Shown here: piece by piece, positions 48,701-56,840 of the stretch
Position numbering within the stretch: position 1 is the stretch's first letter
Layout: every line of letters begins with the position of its first letter
Source of the DNA: Aplysia californica
Taxonomy: Eukaryota
Assembly: GCF_000002075.1 (NCBI RefSeq)
Contig: NW_004798353.1
Location: 8,244 to 72,243 of the forward strand
Reading direction: 5' to 3'
DNA length: 64,000 bases
Made by a program: the position numbers and the translations under genes
Notes under the pieces: model-generated
The model's database searches: none
Seen by the model: the letters and a program-made list of their open reading frames with translations, nothing else
What the model was told of the DNA's origin: nothing

Positions 48701-49144
48701 GACAATTATTATCATTAATAATGTTAGTATAATTAGTATTATTATTATTATAATTAAAATTGTTATTAATAATGTTATTATAATTAGTACCAATATTATT
48801 ATTACGATTAATTTTTTTGTATAATGGCCAATTTACTTTATTTCCCCAGGATGCGGCTGTTGGCCCGAGCCCTCTCGGCTTTTCTGTCCTGCCAGCTGGT
48901 GACCGCTGAGATACTCCGGGTGTACCCAACCATGAAGAAAGGCAGCAACAACACACTGCAGGAACTGCGGGCCCTGAAGAAGAACAAGACATACGCTCAG
49001 TGCTCCTCCACCATCGACCATGCCGTGGAGTTTGTGCAAGATCCGAACCATACCATCCGCGATAGCTTGCTGTTCCTCGCGACAGTGGTGAAAGATCTGT
49101 ACTCGGATAAGCAGTACCTGAGTGTGGTTTGGCAGGATCAGTGA
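726..49144 (+). CDS. EPG5: EPG5 homolog (ectopic P granules protein 5, autophagy tether); whole gene span, 46 coding exons, about 2,790 aa
   Basis: Manually spliced exons give a continuous frame with GT-AG introns. Peptides match vertebrate EPG5 as I recall it: MAEAV start, [15 protein letters not shown]|[54 protein letters not shown]|[44 protein letters not shown]. Confidence 0.96.
1248..1312. repeat. Degenerate (TAGATC)n self-complementary repeat
   Basis: ctagatctagatctagatttagatcta...; a similar tract occurs at about 42630-42730. Confidence 0.8.
1530..1650 (+). repeat. Unclassified dispersed repeat; inverted copy at about 33562-33666
   Basis: GTCACCCAGCCAGGAGAGTGA.TGC.ACGGAC...CCAGGTGACC is shared by both loci. 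Confidence 0.7.
2489..2794. mobile_element. piggyBac-like MITE
   Basis: TIR CCCTTCCAGCCCCA / TGGGGCTGGAAGGA, flanked by CTAA and TTAA. Confidence 0.65.
3460..3915 (-). mobile_element. tRNA-headed SINE, family C (second copy at 63575-64000)
   Basis: On -: tRNA-like head (TTTGCCTCTCATTCAAAAGGTCCCGGGTACAAATC), then a core with a TAAAGAACCCTTGG motif, then the shared stem-loop tail. Long similarity to 63585-64000. Confidence 0.75.
4184..5512 (+). CDS. EPG5: EPG5 exon 2 (1329 nt; acidic, Ser/Pro-rich N-terminal region)
   Basis: tttttttcacag acceptor; open 443 codons SKKTK...FIDDFVQ; gtaaga donor. Confidence 0.92.
6157..6324 (+). CDS. EPG5: EPG5 exon 3
   Basis: [12 protein letters not shown]...TITVQ; phase 0/0. 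Confidence 0.92.
6418..6600 (+). mobile_element. RTE-clade LINE 3' remnant
   Basis: Frameshifted [42 protein letters not shown], typical of the RTE ORF C-terminus; TGA-type tail. Confidence 0.75.
7765..7925 (+). CDS. EPG5: EPG5 exon 4
   Basis: GQCADQAKV...YSAQIS; AAG acceptor, gtgagt donor; phase 0/2. Confidence 0.9.
8125..8293 (+). mobile_element. Short retroposon, family A
   Basis: TGGTTGGCGGG.GCTCTGGTGTGGTTTGCTCC...GGCACTTATATGACC...GCAAGTG...AAAACTCTTA.TAAAAC. Confidence 0.85.
8559..8641 (+). CDS. EPG5: EPG5 exon 5
   Basis: [11 protein letters not shown]...APIQ; phase 2/1. Confidence 0.9.
9066..9205 (+). CDS. EPG5: EPG5 exon 6
   Basis: RLQVLPQEE...[11 protein letters not shown]...WTVRL; phase 1/0. 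Confidence 0.9.
9845..10059 (+). CDS. EPG5: EPG5 exon 7
   Basis: TSSLLRV...[13 protein letters not shown]...VLLPA; phase 0/2. Confidence 0.92.
10381..10792 (+). repeat. Family A copy followed by a tandem array of 3' stem-loop/tail units (4 units in total)
   Basis: Repeated GCACTT..TGAC..TTGCAAGTGC.TAAAA units at about 80 bp spacing. Confidence 0.75.
10835..10934 (+). CDS. EPG5: EPG5 exon 8 (first LIR-like motif, WILV)
   Basis: AREEFMCHM...[11 protein letters not shown]; phase 2/0. Confidence 0.92.
11627..11747 (+). CDS. EPG5: EPG5 exon 9 (second LIR-like motif, WLYL)
   Basis: [24 protein letters not shown]...; phase 0/1. Confidence 0.92.
11812..11992. mobile_element. Tc1/pogo-like MITE (related copies at about 6665-6880, 30098-30301, 45611-45760, 53581-54392)
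   Basis: TA-CAGTCAAAC-like ends (tacggtcaaa...gtttgacaata; tacagttaaa...gtttgactgta) with internal CCACCT/AGGTGG repeats. Confidence 0.6.
12169..12351 (+). mobile_element. Family A retroposon inserted in the exon-10 3' splice site
   Basis: Full-length copy; TSD AAACTC at 12163-12168 and 12352-12357, immediately followed by the acceptor AG. Confidence 0.9.
12360..12516 (+). CDS. EPG5: EPG5 exon 10
   Basis: SVDYDIRR...[13 protein letters not shown]; phase 1/2; the acceptor directly follows a retroposon tail. Confidence 0.88.
12716..13080 (+). repeat. Tandem array of family A 3' halves
   Basis: Three stem-loop units (about 12770, 12913, 13033), each followed by AAACTCTTAC. Confidence 0.75.
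13081..13500 (+). mobile_element. Short retroposon, family B (about 390 bp)
   Basis: CCCC..GG.GCAGTGC.ACTGACTG...GTCGAAGCAGAC...CCACCCCTTGGCGCTCATATGA...GCGAGCGCCGTAAAAC; five long copies in the window. Confidence 0.85.
13512..13658 (+). CDS. EPG5: EPG5 exon 11
   Basis: [10 protein letters not shown]...[12 protein letters not shown]...AQ; phase 2/2. Confidence 0.92.
13695..14040 (+). mobile_element. tRNA-headed CORE-like SINE (related copy at about 48336-48660; - strand fragment at about 62040-62195)
   Basis: tRNA-like head, CATTGTGTCCTTTGGAAAGGCACTTTAC core, and a GTAAAG.GC...GCTATATAA tail. Confidence 0.65.
14054..14270 (+). mobile_element. tRNA-derived SINE with a Nin/Deu-like core
   Basis: A-box TAGCTGAGCAGG, B-box GAGTTCAATCCC, then GGATAAGGAC...GCACCTTAAAGATCCCTTGG. 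Confidence 0.65.
16489..16643 (+). CDS. EPG5: EPG5 exon 12
   Basis: [12 protein letters not shown]...KEYLE; phase 2/1. Confidence 0.92.
17136..17287 (+). CDS. EPG5: EPG5 exon 13
   Basis: PDSWQQ...[10 protein letters not shown]...LEVFE; phase 1/0. Confidence 0.92.
18221..18361 (+). CDS. EPG5: EPG5 exon 14
   Basis: [20 protein letters not shown]...KLGK; phase 0/0. Confidence 0.92.
18937..19101 (+). CDS. EPG5: EPG5 exon 15
   Basis: [13 protein letters not shown]...[13 protein letters not shown]; phase 0/0. Confidence 0.92.
19665..19787 (+). CDS. EPG5: EPG5 exon 16
   Basis: [22 protein letters not shown]...EGMRQ; phase 0/0. Confidence 0.9.
20248..20495 (+). CDS. EPG5: EPG5 exon 17
   Basis: MAFYM...[15 protein letters not shown]...MTNIGH; phase 0/2. 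Confidence 0.92.
21250..21390 (+). CDS. EPG5: EPG5 exon 18
   Basis: [12 protein letters not shown]...YLLENI; phase 2/2. Confidence 0.9.
21776..21899 (+). CDS. EPG5: EPG5 exon 19
   Basis: [12 protein letters not shown]...[14 protein letters not shown]; phase 2/0. Confidence 0.9.
22725..22882 (+). mobile_element. RTE-clade LINE 3' remnant with (TGA)n tail
   Basis: ..[27 protein letters not shown] followed by (GAT)n. Confidence 0.65.
22913..23010 (+). CDS. EPG5: EPG5 exon 20
   Basis: ALITSHL...MFWVNVIF...FTD; phase 0/2. Confidence 0.85.
23473..23569 (+). CDS. EPG5: EPG5 exon 21
   Basis: [14 protein letters not shown]...ENYL; phase 2/0. Confidence 0.85.
23608..23789 (+). mobile_element. Family A retroposon (GGCGCTC/GAGCGCC stem variant)
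   Basis: 12-bp TSD AGCATAGAGCTG at 23596-23607 and 23790-23801. Confidence 0.9.
24165..24622 (-). mobile_element. RTE-clade LINE 3' remnant, interrupted by a family A copy
   Basis: On -: [22 protein letters not shown]...[33 protein letters not shown], a characteristic RTE C-terminus. Confidence 0.85.
24360..24533 (+). mobile_element. Family A retroposon
   Basis: 12-bp TSD AAAGCCTGCTTG at 24348-24359 and 24534-24545. Confidence 0.9.
24651..24887 (+). CDS. EPG5: EPG5 exon 22
   Basis: [20 protein letters not shown]...EFPWLAY...DNGLR; phase 0/0. Confidence 0.92.
25092..25277 (-). mobile_element. Family A retroposon (antisense to EPG5)
   Basis: Reverse complement of the full family A consensus. 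Confidence 0.85.
25934..26096 (+). CDS. EPG5: EPG5 exon 23 (5' end and acceptor hidden in N gap)
   Basis: [10 protein letters not shown]...[26 protein letters not shown]; phase-2 donor gtactg. Confidence 0.88.
26131..26571. mobile_element. MITE family D, Sola1-like (other copies at about 39070-39362, 39850-40190, 41978-43486, 44773-45209, 49842-50254, 54755-55188)
   Basis: About 35-bp TIR GTGAGGCAGCGTGGTGGAATCAGGC.CTCGTCA flanked by ATAT on both sides. An AWWT 4-bp target is the Sola1 pattern; the superfamily call is inference. Confidence 0.8.
27118..27362. mobile_element. MITE family E, same GTGAGG termini as D (copies at 49201-49440 and about 58208-59193)
   Basis: TIR GTGAGG.GTGCTGACAAAATGAGTTACTT with ATAT flanks. 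Confidence 0.85.
27387..27568 (+). CDS. EPG5: EPG5 exon 24
   Basis: [13 protein letters not shown]...LKKMRKRL...PTTPP; phase 2/1. Confidence 0.88.
28328..28436 (+). CDS. EPG5: EPG5 exon 25
   Basis: VDPSLDFG...SVEFHRMLA; phase 1/2, required to keep frame between exons 24 and 26. Confidence 0.85.
28703..28826 (+). CDS. EPG5: EPG5 exon 26
   Basis: [33 protein letters not shown]; phase 2/0. Confidence 0.92.
28836..29057. repeat. Degenerate (GATAA)n microsatellite
   Basis: Directly visible; followed by (CA)n at about 29105-29238. Confidence 0.9.
29622..29772 (+). CDS. EPG5: EPG5 exon 27
   Basis: GPWIEFVDL...EQGD; phase 0/1. Confidence 0.88.
30441..30612 (+). CDS. EPG5: EPG5 exon 28
   Basis: [16 protein letters not shown]...DLQVLTHFT; phase 1/2. 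Confidence 0.9.
31532..31622 (+). CDS. EPG5: EPG5 exon 29
   Basis: [26 protein letters not shown]; phase 2/0. Confidence 0.9.
32018..32095 (+). CDS. EPG5: EPG5 exon 30
   Basis: [26 protein letters not shown]; phase 0/0. Confidence 0.88.
32580..32722 (+). CDS. EPG5: EPG5 exon 31
   Basis: IESKEMNE...ENRAEY...[11 protein letters not shown]; phase 0/2. Confidence 0.9.
33365..33533 (+). CDS. EPG5: EPG5 exon 32
   Basis: MLIKM...[18 protein letters not shown]; phase 2/0. Confidence 0.92.
34041..34235 (+). CDS. EPG5: EPG5 exon 33
   Basis: EFVSRD...LVSPHFVPN...FMLLTK; phase 0/0. Confidence 0.92.
34673..34804 (+). CDS. EPG5: EPG5 exon 34
   Basis: [12 protein letters not shown]...CGAEP...LVFG; phase 0/0. 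Confidence 0.9.
35395..35476 (+). CDS. EPG5: EPG5 exon 35
   Basis: [15 protein letters not shown]...MVLQ; phase 0/1. Confidence 0.88.
36175..36347 (+). CDS. EPG5: EPG5 exon 36
   Basis: [12 protein letters not shown]...MSTVQ; phase 1/0. Confidence 0.88.
36968..37157 (+). CDS. EPG5: EPG5 exon 37
   Basis: VKELLDWL...[11 protein letters not shown]...PFQ; phase 0/1. Confidence 0.9.
37622..37797 (+). mobile_element. Family A retroposon
   Basis: Matches the family consensus. Confidence 0.85.
37815..38703 (-). mobile_element. Non-autonomous piggyBac element, 889 bp
   Basis: TTAA TSD at 37811-37814 and 38704-38707; perfect 14-bp TIR CTCTTTGACTACCA; internal acidic ORF remnant. Confidence 0.85.
38851..39024 (+). 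CDS. EPG5: EPG5 exon 38
   Basis: LELVW...YSPWLQPL...PWLEGD...QLMH; phase 1/1 (donor chosen to match the next exon's phase). Confidence 0.87.
40706..40881 (+). CDS. EPG5: EPG5 exon 39
   Basis: KHPTSSGG...[18 protein letters not shown]; phase 1/0. Confidence 0.9.
41358..41537 (+). CDS. EPG5: EPG5 exon 40
   Basis: [22 protein letters not shown]...TFSE; phase 0/0. Confidence 0.88.
42118..43202. mobile_element. 1085-bp TIR element (hAT-like ends) nested in a family D MITE
   Basis: TIR CATAGCTGCCACT / AGTGGCACCTATG; TTTATA duplicated at 42112-42117 and 43203-43208; the MITE D halves rejoin when it is removed. Confidence 0.8.
43572..43729 (+). CDS. EPG5: EPG5 exon 41
   Basis: [19 protein letters not shown]...ALGL; phase 0/2. 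Confidence 0.9.
43737..43965. repeat. Degenerate (TTG)n microsatellite
   Basis: Directly visible. Confidence 0.9.
44491..44684 (+). CDS. EPG5: EPG5 exon 42
   Basis: VLKRMSGF...KRLSFIH...AVESS; phase 2/1. Confidence 0.9.
45425..45602 (+). mobile_element. Family A retroposon
   Basis: Consensus match; flanking duplication CTTTATGAT. Confidence 0.85.
45799..46047 (+). CDS. EPG5: EPG5 exon 43
   Basis: PSPEIQAEE...LSLLNN...AASRCLAS...YFSG; phase 1/1. Confidence 0.9.
46594..46937 (+). mobile_element. Family B retroposon (internal deletion)
   Basis: Consensus match. Confidence 0.8.
47169..47403 (+). CDS. EPG5: EPG5 exon 44
   Basis: DGTSP...[14 protein letters not shown]...LVLYAY...RALP; phase 1/2. 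Confidence 0.9.
48066..48275 (+). CDS. EPG5: EPG5 exon 45
   Basis: [12 protein letters not shown]...[16 protein letters not shown]; phase 2/2. Confidence 0.92.
48850..49144 (+). CDS. EPG5: EPG5 exon 46 (terminal coding exon)
   Basis: [12 protein letters not shown]...LKKNKTY...[15 protein letters not shown]; phase-2 start. Confidence 0.9.
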
Positions 49145-50809
49145 GTTGTGGTGGCCCTGTGATATGATATAGAGATATGTAAATGTTTGTGAATATTATA
49201 ATATGTGAGGCATGCCGACAAAATGAGTTACTTCTCGGATTTTAGCCCGATGGACATAGATGCGTCAAATTTTTAGTTTGAATTTGTACAATTTGTTTAA
49301 TAAAATGATAAAGACGTATTTAAACTTGAAGAGAATGGAATTAATCGAAAGTCGGCAAATTTTGATGTGTCGGTTTTCGGCCGATATCGTCCTTTGTGGA
49401 TCGTGAGTAGTAATTCATTTTGCCAGCACACCTCACATATGTGGTCTGATCTAAAGGAGGTTATTATATTTTGCTGAAGTTATGTATTATCAATACCAAA
49501 AAGTAATATTTGAAGTTTAAAGTTGTATGCTCTGAGAATACTTAATGAGAGAATGGAGGATTTTGAACAGGTGTAAAGAGACACAAGCAGGATCGGAAAA
49601 TTTCACCTTGTGGGAATAATTTTCCTGTCTCCATTTGATTTATTTAAACCTCATTTTGACCGGCCTTAAAGTGTGGCGACTGAAGTGTTTGTTCACATAG
49701 TGATATGTGTGATGCAGCGCTTATGTCGTGGTGAATTTCAACCTATTATATCAGTCATTTACTCTGTTGTGGTAGCCTAAGTCTGAGTGACGGCCTTGAG
49801 TGACATACTTCTTTGGGAATATTTCCCATGTGGCATAAATAAAATGTGAGACATGGTGAAATCAGGCGCTCATCAAAATAATGATTTTTGGCAATTTTTA
49901 ATTGAATTGTTTTATTTTGGCTAAACACCATTTAATGTCCATTTAAAACACGTTTCTGTGTGAATTTGACTGAAAAATGTTGATTAAAGGCTCAAAATAT
50001 GTAATCTTTCAGTTTTCGACGACTCTCAAGCTATTGAAGTTACCGAACTTTGGCAGCCATTTTCTTGGTAATTTTACCACTGAAACCAGGCGACCCCACC
50101 TTCTGCAATTGCAAATATCTCGACTTCTATTCAAGATAGACGGTTATTTTTTTCATTGAAAGCACTGCAAATGAATAAGCTTTTCAATGGATACCAATAA
50201 CTCCACACGACCAAATATTGACCAGAGCCTGATTCTACCGCGCCGTGACACATATTAGTTTTTATGCTTTTGTCCAAGATGTTGGACATCTTGCTGTTCA
50301 GAAGTTGTGGTTTGCCGCTTTGAATGCAAGTGTGAAGTGATCTGTTGCTCCTGAGAGATGGGATGTGAATGTGCTGTAACCATGAAGATGACGTGTGAGT
50401 TGTGTGAGGGGACTGCAGGTGAATGTTAATACACATTACTTGAAGATAAATGACTCGACCTCATTTTTATGGTTTTTCATATGATAAGTCACTCACCATC
50501 ATTTTTTTGTTAAAAAAAACTATGTTCTGAGAAGCTGGTTTGTTTTGCATTACTACCTACAGTCCTTATTTGATCTCGGTGTTGCTAAATCAAAACCCAT
50601 AGATGGCAGCAGTGTGCTATTTTTCTTTTTTTTGTTCTGTATCTTTCGTGCATTAGGCCAGTACTGCTTTATACATAGCTCACTTTGCCTATTTCTCTTC
50701 ATCATCTTGTGCTAGTTATGCTGGTGTATGAAAGGTACCATGAGTAGATCCTATGTTACTTCTTTTGCTTTTCCTCTGTTGTTTCCGTCTGTTTTACCTT
50801 TTTCTCTCC

Positions 50810-51385
50810 GGTGGTTGGCGGGTGCTCTTGTGTGGTTTGCTCCTTCTTTCTTATCAAAGATCTATGTTCCTGACCTCTCCTGCCTCTTTTTTGTGTTTGT
50901 TTCTCTCTTGTAACACCTCTAATCTTTGGCACTTATATGAACTTACTGTGTTTCAAGTGCTGTGAAACTCTTACTAAAACTAAACTATAACCCCCTGGGA
51001 CAGTGCTACTGACTGAAGTGTCTCTGGGCCAATCCCAGAGGGGGGGACATTGTCTTATGCACAGTAGAATTTGAAATGGGCTGATTCATCAATGTCATGC
51101 TCATACTGTGCCTGAACTGCAAAGGGAAACTGCTGCTTTTTCTTTCCTAATCCTTACTATCGTCATTTTACCTCTACTTCTTTTGTATGTTTGTCACTCT
51201 TGTGGCCCGCTATTTCCGGGGTGCCTTGTTAGTCGAAGCAGACTTTATGCTGTTGAAGTTAGAGAGGTGAGCAGAGTAAGCTGTATGGATTTCTCTGTTG
51301 ACATCCACCCCTTGGTGCTCATTTGACCTTGTGCAGTTGTGAGCGCGGTAAAAACTACTAAAACTAAAACTAAAAACTGAACTAA
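50810..51385 (+). mobile_element. Family A copy with a family B copy joined to its tail (B = 50991-51385)
   Basis: The A tail ACTAAAACTAAACTATAA runs directly into the B head CCCCCTGGGACAGTGC. Confidence 0.85.
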
Positions 51386-52443
51386 ACCACCTCCCAGCAC
51401 TAAATAGGCATTATCGTGTAGATATGCTTGACTTTACCTACAAACTTCACACAGTCTTCAGTATTACCATGTTTCTCCTGTACAGCAGCATGTGGATGTT
51501 ATCATCTAGACTCACTGCCGACAGTTACTCATTGTATATTAGAGTGTTTATACATAGAATGTGTGCTGTCTTTTTTTATTCTGACAAGACGGGTGGGTTA
51601 TTAGCTGGTGCTTTCCTGGAGATTGCTCCTTCATTCATATTGGATATACATCAGTCTTATCTCTCTTTCTTTTCTGTGTTGTTGTTGTTGTTGTTATCGA
51701 TCCAGCAACAGCTGGGCTCTCGCCCTTCTGTCCAATGCCATGTAGTGATAAGTGCAGGTTTGCTGCATCCTTTTCTGTGTAGGTTACTCTCTAGTATCAC
51801 CTTTGATCTTTGGCACTTATGTGACCTATTTGTGTTGAAAGTGCAGTAAAACTTGTACTAAGACTAGAACTAAACTAATCTTGAACAAAATGATGGCTGT
51901 TATCACACTGATTCACATCAGACATCTACTCCCAACATGTATGTATAGGTGAGTACACATAGAATGCATCATGTCTTTTTCTCTGACAAGATGGTTTTAT
52001 TTTCTCTTGTGGTTTTTCAAAGAAGCACAGCAGAAAACTAGAGACTTCTTTGTAACTTCTGTGCGTGAGCTATATCGTTTGCCCTGGTTCTTTGTCTCAA
52101 GCTAGCTATGATGTGGATGATCCTGGTTGGAATCTTCAATGGTGTTCCTTGAATTTGGTTTGACTGTGGGAGTTATTAGGCTCTCCGCTGGATTGGTTAA
52201 CTCCTATCGGAGATGGACTTGAAATTTGGAGGTGCTAGGCCCATGACTTGACATTGCTTGACTTTCTATAGGAAGGAAATAGCTTATTAAGTTTTTTTAA
52301 ATAAAACTGGAAATCAGGTTTTGTTGGTAATCATTTATACAACTCGGTGAAGAGTTTTTCATAGTCATTACTGCTTCTAGAAGGAAGGTGTAACAGTTTG
52401 AGAGAGCTGTGTGTGTTTTTATTTTTAGATTTTGATGGGAAAT

Positions 52444-52596
52444 GAAGAGAAAGGTTGCAAAGCCCGAAGAGAAAGGTTGCAAAGCCTGAAGAGAAAGGTT
52501 GCAAAGCCTGAAGAGAAAGGTTGCAAAGCCTGAAGAGAAAGGTTGCAAAGCCTGAAGAGAAAGGTTGCAAAGCCTGAAGAGAAAGGTTGCAAAGCC
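52444..52596. repeat. 22-bp minisatellite, 7 copies (GAAGAGAAAGGTTGCAAAGCCT)
   Basis: Near-perfect head-to-tail units, no spacers. Confidence 0.95.
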
Positions 52597-55500
52597 AAAA
52601 ACTTCTGTGTTTAGGAAAAAGGACTGAAACTTTTGGGCTTGAATATATTGAAGTGTTGTAAATTTATCAGTTGTCTCCCCTGTTTTTAAGTCGGTGTGCA
52701 CTGATAGGTGATATTATAGCTTTTTTAAAGATGTGTGGTGCTTTTTCTGTTATGTTTCTGTCTTTGGGATGTTTTAAGCAGCTTGCAATAGTGAATATAG
52801 TTCTTTTTGGTGCAAATAATTAGAAAGGACTAGAGTTTGATATATAGTTCCTTCCTGTGTTCATATGTCTGCGTGTATATTTGTGTATTTGTCTGTTTTG
52901 TGTATGTGTGTGTGTGTAGGGGGGGGGGTGCAGTGTGCATATATGTGTGTGTGTGTGTGTGTTTTGTATACCTGTGGTGTGTGTATGTGTCAGTGAAAGC
53001 ATGCTTGTGTATTTTATTGGTACTGTAGCGACAGATCTTGTTAACTCGTGTGAAACATTGTAGCCATTTCTGTCTCACAACCAGCTTGTTTTCACCAAGT
53101 TGGCACCTCTGTTATATATTTGGGCAGGATGTGTATTATTGGCATCGTTGTCAGTTCTATATGTGGGAGGAATGTACACATATACCTATTGCATGCTCCC
53201 CGGAGGTAGTAGACAATGTCTATTCCTGACAGGTGATGAATGAGAGAAGATATTACATGACATGTTTAGTGGGGGGGTGTCTGTCACTTACTCTTAAGGA
53301 GATTTAATTAATCAGATATTTCCATGGCATTTGTGAATAGCTTCATTTACATTCCTAGAATTCTTTTTGTGCAGCTCGTCATCATTGAGACATTTTGCTT
53401 CTTTTTTGCCGTATTCTTTTGTTGTGATTAAGTTGTTGCGTTTCAGTTGGTTTGCGGGTGACTACATCATTATTAGTGAATTAAATCAGTTAGTTAAGGG
53501 TTGCAGCAGAAGAGCGTAAGAAATCAAACTGAGATGTATTTTCTTTTATCTGAACGTCCAGCTTTATCATGCTTGTAAAATACTGTCGAACCTGCCCTGA
53601 CGGCCACCTCTATAAGACGGCCACCTGTACAAACGGCCACTTTCCATTTCCCCCCTTGCATTTTTACTATTTAATTTCACTGTGTAAAACGGGCACCTGT
53701 CCAACGCGGCCGCGGCCACCATATTTTAACACACAACCCCTATCACACCAAGCAATAACCCCTGTCTTAGACGGCCACCTTAGTGACTCCATTACGTTTT
53801 GTCATAAATCATGTGTTGGCCCCTGGCATTGTTGGCAAGCCGTCATAATCCAATCACCTGTCGTTGTTGTTAGGTAGTCCCTCCTACCGATCATGTTGCG
53901 TTGACCCCTCCCACTGTTGACAATTAGGTACCAATTTTCAGCTGCTGGTGAGGTAACCGTGTGACCCCTTATGACCCATAAGCCCCGCCCAGAACTCATA
54001 CAGTACACAAATCGTACGTGAGATAAGTGGTCACTGTTTACCCAGTCTGTAACAAAGTAACAATGGACGTCAACGTGAACTTTCAACAGAAGCGATGCTT
54101 GTTCTCCAAGTGGTGGCGACCCATGTGTTTGTTTTAAAACATGGTAATCGGTCTTACTCGTCTGACACCTTTTGTTTTATTGACACCCTTGCACAAAATG
54201 AGCAACACAAGTTTTAAAAAGCAGAAATAAACCAACGAAAACAACAACAATGCTGCTACCTTTAGTTGGGATCTGAGAAGTAAATGGGGAATGGTTTGTT
54301 TTCTTCATCTTGATCAGTCCTGCCTAAGACCGCCACCTGTCTTATACGGCCACTTTTCTCCTTGATAATGGGTGGCCGTCTTGCACAGGTAGTTGAAGAT
54401 ATCAAAATGCCTGGTTTGGTTATGTTTTTCAGTAATGTCAGTGTGTTTAGTTATGTTTTTCAGTAATGTCAGTGTGTGTGTATGTGTGCTTATTATTGTC
54501 TTGTACAGGTGGTTGGTAGAGCAGGTGTGACTTTAGTTCTGGACTCGTGTGATCCTTACATTATGCTAACGACTGGCAGTGCCTTTTGTAGGTTCCTGGT
54601 CTTGCACCAATGCTCACTAGTTGTGGAAAATTGTTTTATGTATTGAGCTGTAAGCTTTGTGTTGTCCATTGTTCATTCACTTTTTGCTAAAAAGCATCAA
54701 GGAAAAAGTTGCAAACTGTATATAATGAATGTCCCTGTGGTTTATATTGTACATATTTTGTGAGGCATCGTGGTGAATCAGGCGCTCATCAAAACAATGA
54801 AATCGAAGAAATTTGCATTTTTTTTCTAATTTTCTTCTTCTTTTTTTTTTGGCTCAACTCCTTTTATGACCATTTAAAAACACTTTTCTGTGTGGATTTT
54901 ACTGAAAAACATAAATGAAAGGCACAAAAAATGTACATTTTTTATTTCCAAGGACTCTTAGGCTATGGAAGTTACCAACTTTGGCGACCTTTTTCTCGAT
55001 AATTGTACCCCTGAAACCAGGCGACTCTGACCTCCTTCAATCGCAAATATCCTGAATTCTATTTAACATAGATCAATAATTTTTTTTTTTACCAAAAGGA
55101 AGGCAAATGAACAGGCTTTAAGATCATACCATCAACCCCATCTGCCCGAATACTTGCAAGCGCCTGATTCCACCCCGTCATGACCCTTATTTCAATTCAA
55201 ATGTTTCCCAGTATTTTTACTTTTATTATATATATATATTATATATACAGGTTTTTTTGGGGTAAAAAACTTAAACTATAAGGGGAAACAAGTATTTTGG
55301 TTTATTAATACTCTCAGTGGAATAAGATTCTTACTTTATATTCAAAAGCAAGATTAACATAATTTTTTTCTGTTGCCTCTTGTGTTTAATAATACATTTG
55401 GTGCTATTATTTTGATGCTGTGTATCATTATGGAGGGTCTCTCTATTTTTGTGCTAAATCATTTCCTTTTGTGCAAATTGGTCCAATACCTAAGTGGAAG

Positions 55501-56840
55501 GAGGACATTATGAAAACATAATCTGGTTGTGTGGTGGGGGGTTTTTTTTCTTCTTTGTTTCACTGATGAAGAAGGTTTGTGACTGGCTCTCTTCAGATGA
55601 TGTTTTCTGTTGCTCATTTGTGTAAAAATAACATTTTTCCATTTAACACCTTTGCTACATGGCAAGATGTCATCTCAATCTCAGGCCTGATTTTTTAAGT
55701 GGATTGCCATGTAAATGAGAAAAACATTTATCAATTCCTTAACCATTTGAAAGATTGTGTCAAAAATTGGTACTATATTGCTACATGTGATTGTATGTTT
55801 CAATGTTTGGATGTCTTCTTCGTAGTAAGTATGTCAACAGCTTGTGTGTTTTATGTCTCAGTCTCAGTATTGTCACATCTTGCACATGCACAGACAGAGA
55901 TTGTGCTCTTTGTCTGAATGTCATTAATTAATGTATGGATTTGTCGACTTGCATGTTTGAAATTTTTGGACATTTTTATTAATTGTGAAAAACTAAACTG
56001 GTTTTAACAAAAATTTCAGTAGGAAACAAAGCAGGGTAAATTGTCAGAAGCTCCTCAGAGGGTTTCTGTATCATCGTAGTACTTGACATAACATGAAGGA
56101 AACAGATTATTGTAACATAATATATTAGGAGCGCGCTCGTTTCTATAGCTTCTAGTGTGGGAGGTATAGTTAATATTGCACTTGCTGGCCTAAGGCTTGT
56201 CAACACAGGGGTAAGCTAGATGAAACAGAACATAGCAGTATTTTACTGACTATGTACTTCACAGGTTGTGGCCTGAGTGGAGAGAAAAAGTGAGGGAGAA
56301 CATAGGTATGTGTTGTCTAAAGCTGTCAAATGAAATAATTATGTTGTTGTTGTTCCCTCTGTAGGAATTAAGCCCCACGCCCATTATGAACATTTCCATT
56401 CGTCGGGTGGCTGCGAAGTATGACAACATTTAGCGGTGAAGAGTGAAGAGAGACGAATGGGTGAAAATTGCCTCATTTGCATACTCGCAGTTGTGTGCGA
56501 CAAGTAGAAATATTCTTAGTGTGCGTGGGGGTCTTACACGTTGTGGCCATTGTTGTGGTTGGCCTTTACGAGATCTTTCAAACCATTAAGTCAAACAGAA
56601 CTTTTATTATTTTTGTTCTCATTGAGAGAATATTTGTGCTTATTTTATTATTATACTGTGATGTTTTTATATTATCGCAATAATTTTGTCTCATTTGTTT
56701 TCATTTTGGCTGTTTGCTTCACCTGTCTGTTTGTCCGTCTCGCTGTAAATAAAATAAAATAAAAGACTACCTCTACGGGTAGAATGTGCACATACACTTG
56801 TTGACATTTCTTTTTAAAAATTTTTTATTTTAACTTTATG

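Noticed and set aside
726-49144. Non-canonical or U12 introns in EPG5
   Set aside because: All visible donors are GT with U2-type context; no GTATCC or ATATCC donors were seen
50991-51385. Hammerhead ribozyme in family B
   Set aside because: No correctly arranged CTGANGA...GAAA core was visible; only generic 5' pairing is supported
52444-52596. CRISPR array or coding repeat (ORFs 52297-52701)
   Set aside because: Head-to-tail units without spacers; the ORFs are a by-product of the repeat
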